A stretch of DNA of 64,000 bases, from the IMG/VR virus record IMGVR_UViG_3300027963_000035, positions 62,001 to 126,000 of that record; one strand, written 5' to 3'. The notes under the pieces are model-generated. The model worked only from the letters and a program-made list of their open reading frames with translations. It had not been told where the DNA came from and did not search any database. The position numbers and the translations under genes are program-made. Shown here piece after piece: positions 1-9,006 of this stretch; position 1 is the stretch's first letter, and each line of letters starts with the position of its first letter.

Positions 1-466
1 TCTTTCTCCAAAATCCTTTTTTTGTTGTTTTATAATCTATAATAAAACATTTTTCATCTTTTATTAAGATTCGGTCTATAACACCTGTGACAAATTTTTC
101 TTTTGGTGGCTCGAGATCATACTTAAAAAAGTATTCTGTTTCTCCATCGAATCCAATTCTGTCATTTAATTTTTTAATATTTGTTAGATGTTCTTTTAAT
201 TTATTTTTATAATCTTTTGTTAGTTCTACTTTCTTATTTTCAAGGAGCAATTCTCCCTTTAAATATGGGTGTAAAAAACTCTCTATCTCCACTTCTCCCT
301 TGTTTTTCACGTATTCTTCTGCTATCTTATGGACAAGTTTTCCGTATAAAAAGTACTCTGGTTCTGGTTCGGGTGACTTGATTTCAAGGTGGTATTTATA
401 TTTGTATGCTTGTTCGCATTGATCCCAAAGTTGTTTTCTGCTAACTGATATGTGTTGTATTTTCAT
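1..466 (-). CDS. PD-(D/E)XK nuclease family protein (RecB/AddB/Cas4-like fold), partial, runs off the left edge; not in the ORF track
   Basis: Manual translation from ATG at 466: MKIQHISVSRKQLWDQCEQAYKYKYHL...YGKLVHKIAEEY...GVIDRILIKDEKCFIIDYKTTKKG; open to base 1. The S-x-S...C...Y, G-x-x-x-H and G-x-I-D...I-I-D-Y-K-T motifs fit this family. Confidence 0.78.
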   Translation of the reverse strand, partial: MKIQHISVSRKQLWDQCEQAYKYKYHLEIKSPEPEPEYFLYGKLVHKIAEEYVKNKGEVEIESFLHPYLKGELLLENKKVELTKDYKNKLKEHLTNIKKLNDRIGFDGETEYFFKYDLEPPKEKFVTGVIDRILIKDEKCFIIDYKTTKKGFWRK

Positions 467-491
467 AAATATATTATAGTATAGTCTAAAC
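467..491. promoter_or_regulatory. Putative bidirectional AT-rich promoter between divergent nuclease and primase genes
   Basis: Only 25 nt separate the two divergent ATGs (aaatatattatagtatagtctaaac); contains the TATA-like element seen before many starts in this window. Confidence 0.4.
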
Positions 492-1550
492 ATGAGTGAT
501 ATTTTTGATAACTTTAAGAAGTGGGCTGAAAAAGCACTGGGCGATATAGTTGTTCACGGATCTGAGATCAGAGTTAATTCTGTTTTCGCAGAAGATTCAA
601 AGCACCATTTGTGGTGCTCTCCCTCTGGCGGTAAAACTAAAAGAAAGAATGGGGTATTCCATTGTTTCAAAACCGATAAGAAGGGAAGCCTGGTAAAATT
701 AATAAAGATAGTAGATAAGTGTTCTTATGAAGATGCCTATCTCACATTAAATGGCAGAAGCAGTATAAGAGAGCTGGAGGATAAACTTTATGACTTCTTT
801 GATAATTTGGATGATGACCAGGAATCTCCTAGTAAAGTTCAAGAAAAAAAGACAATATCCCTCCCAGAGGGAAGTAGCTTAATAAATAGTTTACCAAAAA
901 ATAATTTTTGGAGAAATTTAGCCGTTGAGTATCTAGAGAAAAGAAAGATACCCACTGATGGCCTATACATCTGCAGAACCGCACCATATAAAGCTAGAAT
1001 AGTTATTCCTTACTATGATAGAGATGGAGACTTATTCTATTTTAATGCTAGGCATATTGGTAAGTCTAGCCTCAGATACCTGGGGCCAGATAAGAGTATA
1101 GGTATTGGTAAAGGTGATGTTTTATTTATGGCCGGTGGAAGTTGGCCCGATAAAGATAATTTCGTCTATGTGTGTGAGGGAGAGTTTGATGCTTTGAGTA
1201 TTTTCCACTCTGGGTTAAACTCAATTGCATGTGGTGGAAAAAACCTTAGCGAAAAACAAATGTCTTTGATAAAAGACTATAAAATTGTAATCTGCTTAGA
1301 TAATGATAAAGCGGGTCTCCAGGGCAGTACATCAATGAGTATGATGGCTAGCCAGAACATGCAAACAAATGGATCCGACCAAAGACTGATGTTTGTCAGT
1401 CCGCATAAGCTGTATAAAGACTGGAATGAAATGTATGTTAAAGAGGGGCCAAGGATACTTAAAAATTATATTTTGGCCTCTAGGAAAAATTTAGATTTCC
1501 AGGCACCATTCGGGACGGGCGGAGACTATTTTAAGATCAAAACAATATAA
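492..1550 (+). CDS. DNA primase, DnaG-like (TOPRIM)
   Basis: TOPRIM motifs VCEGEFDALS and CLDNDKAG, RIVIPYYD...YFNAR catalytic-core motif, KDWNE C-terminal motif, N-terminal FHCFK Zn-binding-like segment. Confidence 0.85.
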   Translation: MSDIFDNFKKWAEKALGDIVVHGSEIRVNSVFAEDSKHHLWCSPSGGKTKRKNGVFHCFKTDKKGSLVKLIKIVDKCSYEDAYLTLNGRSSIRELEDKLYDFFDNLDDDQESPSKVQEKKTISLPEGSSLINSLPKNNFWRNLAVEYLEKRKIPTDGLYICRTAPYKARIVIPYYDRDGDLFYFNARHIGKSSLRYLGPDKSIGIGKGDVLFMAGGSWPDKDNFVYVCEGEFDALSIFHSGLNSIACGGKNLSEKQMSLIKDYKIVICLDNDKAGLQGSTSMSMMASQNMQTNGSDQRLMFVSPHKLYKDWNEMYVKEGPRILKNYILASRKNLDFQAPFGTGGDYFKIKTI

Positions 1551-1555
1551 AGGAA

Positions 1556-1927
1556 TTGATTATGGACTTGGAAAAATTTAGGTATTTTATAGGTAAGCCA
1601 ATAACTGTATTCACTGTTCATATAGGAAGGAAGTTTACAGAAAATCAATTCAATGATTATTTTACTGGCATATGTCAATCGGTTCATATTGATGGAATAG
1701 AAACCTTGCACCCAATAACAGGTTGTAAAAACTTTTTCTTTTTTAGTAATATTGTTGGGATCTGCGAAGAGCAGCAACTAGACCCAGATAATCCTGAGCA
1801 TCAGGAGATAATAAGTGAATTCAATAATAATAAATCTGAAAAGCCAGTTGATAAAAACATAGTCTTCAACAATGGAGATAATATAGATATTAATAATTTA
1901 AATATGCTTTTAAAGCCACAGAGGTAA
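1556..1927 (+). CDS. Hypothetical protein, possible Sm/LSm-like fold
   Basis: 123-aa ORF tightly following primase; FIGKPITVFT...FTG...DGI...FFF..IVGI pattern loosely resembles Sm-like beta barrels. Confidence 0.5.
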   Translation: MIMDLEKFRYFIGKPITVFTVHIGRKFTENQFNDYFTGICQSVHIDGIETLHPITGCKNFFFFSNIVGICEEQQLDPDNPEHQEIISEFNNNKSEKPVDKNIVFNNGDNIDINNLNMLLKPQR

Positions 1928-2662
1928 TTAGAAATCAAAATCAAAATCTGGGTTTTCTGATTTTAATTTATCTATTGCTTTTTTAACTGCCTCGGGAGAG
2001 TCAACTTTTTCTTCTGTGGTCGAGTCCTCAGTGTCTGCTTTTTCTTTTACCTTAGACTTTTTTGCTCTTGGTTTTCTTTGCTTTTTCTCCTTGGTCGCAA
2101 CTTCAGCCGCCGATGTTGCCTTTTCTTTTTCTTTTGGATCCGATGGGCCCACGGTAGGCTCAGATTTTCTAACACCTTCTCCCTCAACTGGAGCTACCGG
2201 AGTCGACTCAGCAGAATAAACCAAATCTAATATTACTTGTTTAAATTTCTTTCCCCAATCATCTATTATTCTGAATAATCTTAGATTCTTGAGATTTTCC
2301 GACTCTTCCTCATTTAGACTATCTTGATTTTTTTCTATAATTGTCTCTAAGATATCACAACTATCTTTAATAGCTCTATATTCTTGAAAAGAAAATTGAT
2401 AACACTCTGATTTTGGCTCATCCGCAGCCTTTGCTGTGTCTTTTTTTGCCTCTGGGTCCTGTTCAACCTGGGCTAGGTTGCCAAATTTACCATATCTAAA
2501 TTTATTCCACCAATTCTTAACGTGGTCCCATACACCCATCTTTCCATCGGGACCTGATGCTACAGGCGATGCCGATGTCAAGAATTTATTTTTGAGTTCT
2601 TTTATTAGTTCATCTATTTTAAGGGATAATTCTAATTTTTTCTTTTCAATATCAGTTATCAT
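1928..2662 (-). CDS. Hypothetical protein, charged low-complexity C-terminus
   Basis: 244-aa ORF, TATATA element 8 nt upstream, abuts the convergent gene with zero gap. Confidence 0.6.
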   Translation of the reverse strand: MITDIEKKKLELSLKIDELIKELKNKFLTSASPVASGPDGKMGVWDHVKNWWNKFRYGKFGNLAQVEQDPEAKKDTAKAADEPKSECYQFSFQEYRAIKDSCDILETIIEKNQDSLNEEESENLKNLRLFRIIDDWGKKFKQVILDLVYSAESTPVAPVEGEGVRKSEPTVGPSDPKEKEKATSAAEVATKEKKQRKPRAKKSKVKEKADTEDSTTEEKVDSPEAVKKAIDKLKSENPDFDFDF

Positions 2663-2675
2663 AATAACTTATATA

Positions 2676-3125
2676 TTAATTAGACTCGGAAATATATTCC
2701 CCGATTTTCTTTAAAGACATGAGGCAACTATCAAATCGGTGGAAATCGCTAGAAAGATACTCTAGGGCCAAACCTTGAAATTTACTATTGACTTCTTCAT
2801 TTTCTACTTCAAAGTATATTGATTTTCCACGTTTTCCAAGAACTTTATACTTGTGCATTAGAATATAAGCAGCAACACCCAGATCTGTTGCAAATCTGGT
2901 ATTTCTAGAATCAAAATTATATTCTTTTATCTTTTTGAGCGACATTATGCAGCTATCAAATCTATGGAATTCGCTAGAAAGATAATCCAAACAAAGCTCG
3001 TCGAATTTCTCTTCATTCTCTACTTCGAAGATTATTTCTTTGCCTTTGCGGCCAACAACACGATAGTTGTGCATTAATATATAGGCTGCTGAGCCTAGGT
3101 CGCTAACACTTTTATTTTTTTCCAT
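2676..3125 (-). CDS. Small protein made of two tandem copies of a DUF5659-like domain
   Basis: SDLGSAAYILMHNYRVVG...LDYLSSEFHRFDSCIMSLKKI is repeated as TDLGVAAYILMHKYKVLG...LEYLSSDFHRFDSCLMSLKKI. The family name is from recall only. Confidence 0.6.
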   Translation of the reverse strand: MEKNKSVSDLGSAAYILMHNYRVVGRKGKEIIFEVENEEKFDELCLDYLSSEFHRFDSCIMSLKKIKEYNFDSRNTRFATDLGVAAYILMHKYKVLGKRGKSIYFEVENEEVNSKFQGLALEYLSSDFHRFDSCLMSLKKIGEYISESN

Positions 3126-3181
3126 GTAATAATATAGTTATAAAGAAATTTATTTTGTGCTTTTTATGCCTAAAAATGCAA

Positions 3182-3203
3182 TCATCGCCCTTGCGGACGA
3201 TGA
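3182..3203 (-). terminator. Probable intrinsic terminator downstream of the actin-like gene
   Basis: Minus-strand RNA UCAUCGUCC-GCAA-GGGCGAUGA: 9-bp stem (one U-G) with GNRA loop, followed by UUGCAUUUUU. Confidence 0.55.
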
Positions 3204-3232
3204 AAGATTTCCTTCCACACATGGCGGATGAA

Positions 3233-4237
3233 TCATTTTGCGTTTTCTGCCGCTAACAAGCAACCCTTCGCAACAGAGTATAAATTATCTTCTGGTTTAA
3301 TAATCTGCCCTATTTTAACTGGTATTTCTGTTTGCTTCAAGCACTCTCCAAGCATTTCTTTGAATCCGTTTGGACTTGCAGTTCCACCAGCAACGACAAA
3401 GTCTACTTCGTCTTCTGTTCTTACGTTTTTCTGAACATTAGCGAAACCTTTTTTGATCTCAGTTACAGTGTGTTCTATCATTAATCTGTACTGAGTCTGT
3501 ATAGCTCTTTCAACAAGAGTTGTCGCAGGTCTTGTTAGATCTATTTTTGTTTTTTCTTTATTGATAAAAGTTGGACTTTCCCCAACGGCTTTTCCGGCCA
3601 TTTTGTCAATCCAATCGCCACTATTCACTATCGAGAAGCTAAATATTGGATTGCCAAACATTGCATAACAAACATTTACCATACCACCGCCAAAAGATGC
3701 TGCTATCCCCGTATATGATTTATGAGCCAGTTCAGCATATATTATAGCCAATGCCTCATTAATGGGCCTAGGATCGACTGAGAAGCCCTTCTCTGATCTA
3801 TATGACTTGAATATGGCTTCTAAGATTTTGCCGTGATAATCGGCGTCAGTCTCTTCGTTTATGGCATTTGCCGGAACGCTATAGTAGAGAAGTTCTTTGT
3901 CTTTTGAAACTTCTCCTATAAGACTGTGGATCATGATGCTCATTATCTGAAACGCATCTTTTTCTTTTGGATTAACACACCCCGCCACCATCGGTCTTTT
4001 TAATTCGAGGCTATTCATGGTATATGCCATGTTGACCGCTGCCTCTCCAAGGGCATAAGCAACCTTATCTCTCTCTATCAAAGGCACTCCGGCTTGTTTC
4101 ATCATATTGAAAACAAATCTGTTCTCCAGCGGGAGCTCTATGAATGCATTCACTTCTTTTTTATAAGAAAAATTATCTGCATCATCTCTTTTGCAATTGA
4201 TTAAATTATAAGTTCCAACATCTGCGCCAATAGCCAT
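3233..4237 (-). CDS. Actin-fold ATPase (MreB/ParM/MamK/FtsA superfamily)
   Basis: Phosphate-1 GADVGTYNL, connect-1 INEALA, phosphate-2 SFGGGMVNV, adenosine VAGGTA, connect-2 SVAKG. Start moved from 4288 to 4237 because AAGGAGA (SD) lies 6 nt upstream. Confidence 0.82.
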   Translation of the reverse strand: MAIGADVGTYNLINCKRDDADNFSYKKEVNAFIELPLENRFVFNMMKQAGVPLIERDKVAYALGEAAVNMAYTMNSLELKRPMVAGCVNPKEKDAFQIMSIMIHSLIGEVSKDKELLYYSVPANAINEETDADYHGKILEAIFKSYRSEKGFSVDPRPINEALAIIYAELAHKSYTGIAASFGGGMVNVCYAMFGNPIFSFSIVNSGDWIDKMAGKAVGESPTFINKEKTKIDLTRPATTLVERAIQTQYRLMIEHTVTEIKKGFANVQKNVRTEDEVDFVVAGGTASPNGFKEMLGECLKQTEIPVKIGQIIKPEDNLYSVAKGCLLAAENAK

Positions 4238-4362
4238 TTTATTTCTCCTTTTTTCTTTTATGGTTCTCAGAAATTCTTCTTTTTCCATCAGTGTCGTAAA
4301 CTACAGGTACAACTGGACCACCGGTAACATTCTTTTTAATTCCATATATCCCAACCACTGAA

Positions 4363-4593
4363 TCAACCGCCCTTTCCAAAGTTAATTTTTTCTGTTGGTG
4401 CAAAATCCGGGATTGCCCACTGGACTTTGTCTTCTTCTTTTTTGTTTATTTTTTCTTCAATATTACTCTTTAATATTCCAGCCCCACTAGAGATTTCTCC
4501 CATATTTATATTCAAATCCAAAGAGATAGATATTTTAACCTCTCCATCCTTTGTTATTATTTTTACATCACCTGGTTTAATGAGTTGAGGCAT
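4363..4593 (-). CDS. Hypothetical protein
   Basis: 76-aa ORF co-oriented and tightly packed between neighbours. Confidence 0.5.
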   Translation of the reverse strand: MPQLIKPGDVKIITKDGEVKISISLDLNINMGEISSGAGILKSNIEEKINKKEEDKVQWAIPDFAPTEKINFGKGG

Positions 4594-4595
4594 TA

Positions 4596-5138
4596 TTAAC
4601 TCCCTGATACTACATTCACCGATGCTATTACTTGAACGGGGACTGTTTCTTGGTTATCGTTTGAAAATTCTATTTTTTGGATGTTTAGATCACCTGTATT
4701 GAAGACTTGTGTTTCACTTCCTAAAAGTCCAAAAACTGCATCATTCGATGAATTTATTCTAACGCTGACAGTATCTGACCCTCTGTTTGATATTTGTACG
4801 AACTCGGCAAATTCACTAACACCCAAGTCTACTACATTGTTTTCAAAATCTCCCTCTACTGATAATATGTAAACTCTGGGGGCGTTATTATTTGTTTTAT
4901 CAACATAAACAGACCCGTCATCCTCTAGCACCTCTATGAACGCATCTTCTAATTTGGCTTGTGGATAAGCATATCTTTTCCAGTAATTGGAATCTGTGAA
5001 TATTTGACCATCCTTTAATTCTCTGTGCTTTCCAAGAGGGCCTGTAACATAAATACTTCTTTGAATGCTTATGTCTTCGTTATATATATCTAGCAATCCT
5101 TGGACTGCGTTCTTTAGTTTTACCTTGAATTTACTCAT
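4596..5138 (-). CDS. Hypothetical protein, beta-rich C-terminus
   Basis: 180-aa ORF with TATATATA element just upstream. Confidence 0.6.
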   Translation of the reverse strand: MSKFKVKLKNAVQGLLDIYNEDISIQRSIYVTGPLGKHRELKDGQIFTDSNYWKRYAYPQAKLEDAFIEVLEDDGSVYVDKTNNNAPRVYILSVEGDFENNVVDLGVSEFAEFVQISNRGSDTVSVRINSSNDAVFGLLGSETQVFNTGDLNIQKIEFSNDNQETVPVQVIASVNVVSGS

Positions 5139-5172
5139 ATATGTTATATATATTAATAAAATAAAAAATTAT
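5139..5172. promoter_or_regulatory. Putative bidirectional TATATATA element between divergent genes
   Basis: 34-nt spacer atatgttatatatattaataaaataaaaaattat between ATGs at 5138 (-) and 5173 (+). Confidence 0.4.
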
Positions 5173-5547
5173 ATGAACAAACAAAAAGATCTTAAAATTT
5201 TATGGCTTTATTTGGCAAAGAGAGATAAAAAAGGTGTACAGATACTAGCCAAATTATTATGTAGAGAAATTAATCCAATTGCTTTGTCTAGTATTAAAAT
5301 ACTTGGGCTTCCTCCAAGCTGGGAAGGCAAGATAGCCGATACCATCGAACAAAACAAAATATATTGGGAACCATGGGTCCAGACTGCCGAAACTTTTGAT
5401 GAAATAAAACTAAATCTAAAAGCCAGAGGATACTCCAATATCCCAGTCAATGGTAACCCTATGATACTTATAACCCCTCAGGTTGTTGTTAATATAAACA
5501 ATTTCCCAAAACAAAAAAACATGGTCCAGAAGGGGACGATTCAATAA
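5173..5547 (+). CDS. Hypothetical protein
   Basis: Likely start MNKQKDL at 5173 (the track start at 5065 overlaps the divergent gene). Confidence 0.55.
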   Translation: MNKQKDLKILWLYLAKRDKKGVQILAKLLCREINPIALSSIKILGLPPSWEGKIADTIEQNKIYWEPWVQTAETFDEIKLNLKARGYSNIPVNGNPMILITPQVVVNINNFPKQKNMVQKGTIQ

Positions 5548-5819
5548 ACGTATTTTTTGTTTATGTAAAAAGTTCCTGCGTTAACCTCTAGTCTCAGGAG
5601 ATCTTCCTCACTACCTATGACTGTCCCGCCACTTCTTATGAAATCTTTTTTTATTTCTTTGTGATTTCCCTCGTCTATTGTTATTTTAGTGCCAAGATTT
5701 TTTGTATTTTTTGGATAGACTCTTTCTTGGAGCTTTGGCATAGAGGGAACTTTGTCCTGTTTTATCCACTTATTAAATTCATTCAAAAATGAAAAGTTGT
5801 CGTCAAATGGTGTTTTCAT
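5541..5819 (-). CDS. Hypothetical protein, last gene of the tail operon
   Basis: 92-aa ORF overlapping the upstream gene end. Confidence 0.5.
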   Translation of the reverse strand: MKTPFDDNFSFLNEFNKWIKQDKVPSMPKLQERVYPKNTKNLGTKITIDEGNHKEIKKDFIRSGGTVIGSEEDLLRLEVNAGTFYINKKYVY

Positions 5820-6645
5820 CAGTTATAAATTCTTTCACGTCACTAAGTTGTATGTATCCAGCATTATCTAATTTTTTAGAATGCCCATAATATTTTATAT
5901 CCATTTTACCCTTTAACCAGTGAAGACAGCAATCTATTATTTCTGATATTAAATTTTGTTGAGGATAAGAATATAGGCCGCTTTCTAATTTAACGCTACC
6001 CGGCTTATTTTCAATAAAGGAATCATCACAAGATAACAACAGTAATTTCTTGCACTGAAATCTATATGCAAGATTAATGGCAGCGCATATTACATTTCTA
6101 TAATCATCTATTTGATACATATTTTCTTTTGATCCACTATAGTTCACCCTCTCTTCATTTACTGCATAGTATTTATATTTTATTCCATTGTATCTTTCTA
6201 AAAAAGTATGATTAGTCTTGCTTGAAGCTATGCATCTGGGGAGAGTTCTATTTGTTCTTGGCAAATAATTTAAACATTCATCATATGGATTGTTAACAAC
6301 ATAATAATTTGGAGATTTATTGTTTTTCCATTTCTTTAGAGTTCCATTTACTGCAAGCACGCATACGTTTTGATCTTCTAAGACTTTATGAGAGTTTTCA
6401 AAATCATAACCGTCCGATACTATTGCTACTGTTGGGTGATAGATATTTTCTGAATCTATCCATGAATATCTGTTTTTATTATTGTAGAATTCGTTCTCAA
6501 GAAAAAGAAAGTATTCTTTTTCAGATGTCGTGGAATTTATATCAACGTAAGGACAAGAATAATTACAAAAGTTTCTAACCCAAAAGTTATAACTTGGAGT
6601 CTTTATAAACTCGTTGTTTTTTATTTTTTTAGTTCTAGTTTGCAT
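5803..6645 (-). CDS. Hypothetical protein with divergent similarity to DUF115/MptE-like/Maf-type Rossmann proteins
   Basis: VAIVSDGYDF...VLAVNG...PNYYVV...N..CAAINLAYRFQCKKLLLLSCD resembles the IIGxGPS / IavN / PDy / A..LA...G.k.I.L.G.D pattern but is degenerate. Confidence 0.4.
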   Translation of the reverse strand: MQTRTKKIKNNEFIKTPSYNFWVRNFCNYSCPYVDINSTTSEKEYFLFLENEFYNNKNRYSWIDSENIYHPTVAIVSDGYDFENSHKVLEDQNVCVLAVNGTLKKWKNNKSPNYYVVNNPYDECLNYLPRTNRTLPRCIASSKTNHTFLERYNGIKYKYYAVNEERVNYSGSKENMYQIDDYRNVICAAINLAYRFQCKKLLLLSCDDSFIENKPGSVKLESGLYSYPQQNLISEIIDCCLHWLKGKMDIKYYGHSKKLDNAGYIQLSDVKEFITDENTI

Positions 6646-6648
6646 ATT

Positions 6649-8988
6649 TCACTTGCAGGGGACTATGCTGACGCAATTTAATTTATCACCTTCGCCAGTT
6701 ACCTTGCTGATATCAAGTTGTATTTTAACATCAATTGGTGCGCCCTTATAAACCATTTCTATTTCTGGTTTCTCAGGCATTACAAGTTGAATAGTATCAG
6801 GTATTGTTCCCTTTAATTCTATTACCGGAGGTATTCCTACGACCTGAATGGTATCAGGTATTCCTTCCGCATTCAATTTAATTTCGGACGGGAAGTCCCC
6901 AATTAATTTTAATCCTATACTTTCTGGAATATCCATATTGACAATTGGAATTGATTTAGGTAATTCCGACGCATCCAAAAGGATGCTAGATGGGATCTTG
7001 GCCTCACTTATTATCTTTATCTCAGAAGGTATGGGCATTATAGGAGGAATAATCTTAATTTCCGATATTCCTTCTATTCTTTCAACTTTTATTGAACTTG
7101 GAATTTCTGATGCGTCTATTTTTATGTCTGGGAATTTAGGGGCAACCACATTAATGACACTCGGTATCCCTATGTCACTGACTTGAATTTCCATTGTGTT
7201 ATCATCCATGCCGTCTAGGCCATTTGGCTTTACCATTCCGTATCCGCCGCCACTTGTGGGACATTGAACAGTAACGGTGCAGTTTAGTTCTGGCACCGGT
7301 CCCCAACTCACTGGAATATAGACTCCGTTCAAACCAGTTGGATCTATTTCTATGGGTGGCAAAGAAGTTCCATTAATATTTATAGAACTTGGTATAGTTG
7401 GTCCGTTGTAATTAATGTTAACCACATCAGGCAAATATATTAGCGGAGAATTTACCGTTATCACTGAAGGTATGCTGTCCTGAACATCTACATTTACAGT
7501 TATTGGATTTATATTTATCACACTAGGTATAGCCGCTCCGGCTGTATTTATATCAATTGATATAGGATCTACAGTTATATGACTTGGTATATTAATAGGA
7601 GATATTGTTATCGTGCTTGGTATTGGTATTCCACTCGATGTTATGTCCACTTGAACTGGATCTATGCTTATTCTTCCCGGTATATTAATTGGGCTAATTT
7701 CAATTTTACTTGGTATATTAAATGGAGTAGGAACAACAATCTCTACCTTTCCAGGTATATTAATTGGTGTTATTGATATTTTTCCTGGTATGTTGATTGG
7801 TGTTATGGTTATTAAAGATGGAACCTTCAGCGGAGGTACTATCTCTATTTTGCTGGGGATACTGGTGCCGGGGGTATTCTGAGCTATATCTAAACACGGG
7901 AAAACAATTGGAGGTATGTTATATTTGTTTGGAACAACTTGAAATGGAGTGATAAGTATAGGAGGAATTTGCGGAGGAGGAGGCACTGGTATATCCAAGC
8001 CATCTGTTATTGTCTGCTTCACCGGCTCTAGAGGAGTTAATCTCTCAGTAGGAGTCAATGTAAGTGAGCAATTATTATTAAATACACTCAGTGTGGGATC
8101 GTAATTAGATCCGATTGAATAAGTGTGTGTTCCCTGATATTCCGTTGTGGTGTATTGTCCATCTCCGAAGTCTAATCTGAAATTGGTACTTGCCGTACTG
8201 TTATCTATTGTTATAGAATATTGAGCTGTTATTCCTGTGGTTAAATTGTTATCTATAATATCGAACGTAAAGTTGACGCTTGGGCAAGAATGATCATCAA
8301 ATATTGTGGGCAATGAGTTTAAATTTCTTATTTTCCAATCTAAAGTGGATTGATTATCTGTAAAATTATAACCTATAAAGTTTTCTAAACTTATTATTGC
8401 ATCTACAATTTGATTGTGGTGTTCTGCCACTACAAATCCTCTGACCTTTGCTCCTGCATAATTTAATTTAGTTTGCTTTCCTCCCATGTTCCTGACACAT
8501 TCTTTAAACTTGCAAACTCTACCCACGACCAGAACGATTCCGCTGGTGTTTGATGAGCCTATGGGAGACAGTGCGGACCCATTCTTTTTGATCGAAAGTT
8601 TAAAATTATTCTGAGTCGCTTCTACAACATAATAATTTGTGCCTACTAAAAACGAGCTAGTTGCTGTTTGAAAATTAACTATAGAACCATCTATCAATCC
8701 GTGATTTTCTTTAACAAACACCCCAGAAGAATTCAGTAAAATATTTGATACATTTACTTCTGGATTGAAATTTAATTCTACTGAGTTGTAATAAAACAAT
8801 TCTCCGTTTATGTTTGCGAATCCATTGTTAGCCCATAACTCTTGAGGAGATGGTTTTATTTCTATGGTTTCTGACCAAGGAGGATTGTCCTTGATTAGTA
8901 TAGATTCAGATGTATTATAAACTAAAAAAAGAGTCTCATCTGAGTCATATTTTCTAGGATACAGTATATTTGGTGGTGGTTTACTCAA
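6649..8988 (-). CDS. Putative virion structural protein: shared N-terminal module, PKD-like domain, long Ile/Pro repeat tail
   Basis: VVAEHHNQIVDAIISLENFIG motif shared with the two upstream genes; LDFGDG...GTHTY PKD signature; about 400 aa of IPSxI repeats. Confidence 0.6.
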   Translation of the reverse strand: MSKPPPNILYPRKYDSDETLFLVYNTSESILIKDNPPWSETIEIKPSPQELWANNGFANINGELFYYNSVELNFNPEVNVSNILLNSSGVFVKENHGLIDGSIVNFQTATSSFLVGTNYYVVEATQNNFKLSIKKNGSALSPIGSSNTSGIVLVVGRVCKFKECVRNMGGKQTKLNYAGAKVRGFVVAEHHNQIVDAIISLENFIGYNFTDNQSTLDWKIRNLNSLPTIFDDHSCPSVNFTFDIIDNNLTTGITAQYSITIDNSTASTNFRLDFGDGQYTTTEYQGTHTYSIGSNYDPTLSVFNNNCSLTLTPTERLTPLEPVKQTITDGLDIPVPPPPQIPPILITPFQVVPNKYNIPPIVFPCLDIAQNTPGTSIPSKIEIVPPLKVPSLITITPINIPGKISITPINIPGKVEIVVPTPFNIPSKIEISPINIPGRISIDPVQVDITSSGIPIPSTITISPINIPSHITVDPISIDINTAGAAIPSVININPITVNVDVQDSIPSVITVNSPLIYLPDVVNINYNGPTIPSSININGTSLPPIEIDPTGLNGVYIPVSWGPVPELNCTVTVQCPTSGGGYGMVKPNGLDGMDDNTMEIQVSDIGIPSVINVVAPKFPDIKIDASEIPSSIKVERIEGISEIKIIPPIMPIPSEIKIISEAKIPSSILLDASELPKSIPIVNMDIPESIGLKLIGDFPSEIKLNAEGIPDTIQVVGIPPVIELKGTIPDTIQLVMPEKPEIEMVYKGAPIDVKIQLDISKVTGEGDKLNCVSIVPCK

Positions 8989-9006
8989 TTTATTTTTTCC
9001 TATAAA

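Noticed and set aside
1-466. Cas4 of a CRISPR-Cas locus
   Set aside because: No cas1/cas2 or repeat-spacer array in the window; solo PD-(D/E)XK nucleases are common in phages.
4240-4380. Extra ~46-codon minus-strand frame (LERAVDSVVG...KRKKEK) upstream of the actin gene
   Set aside because: TTG start only, no SD, overlaps the upstream gene, no recognisable motif.
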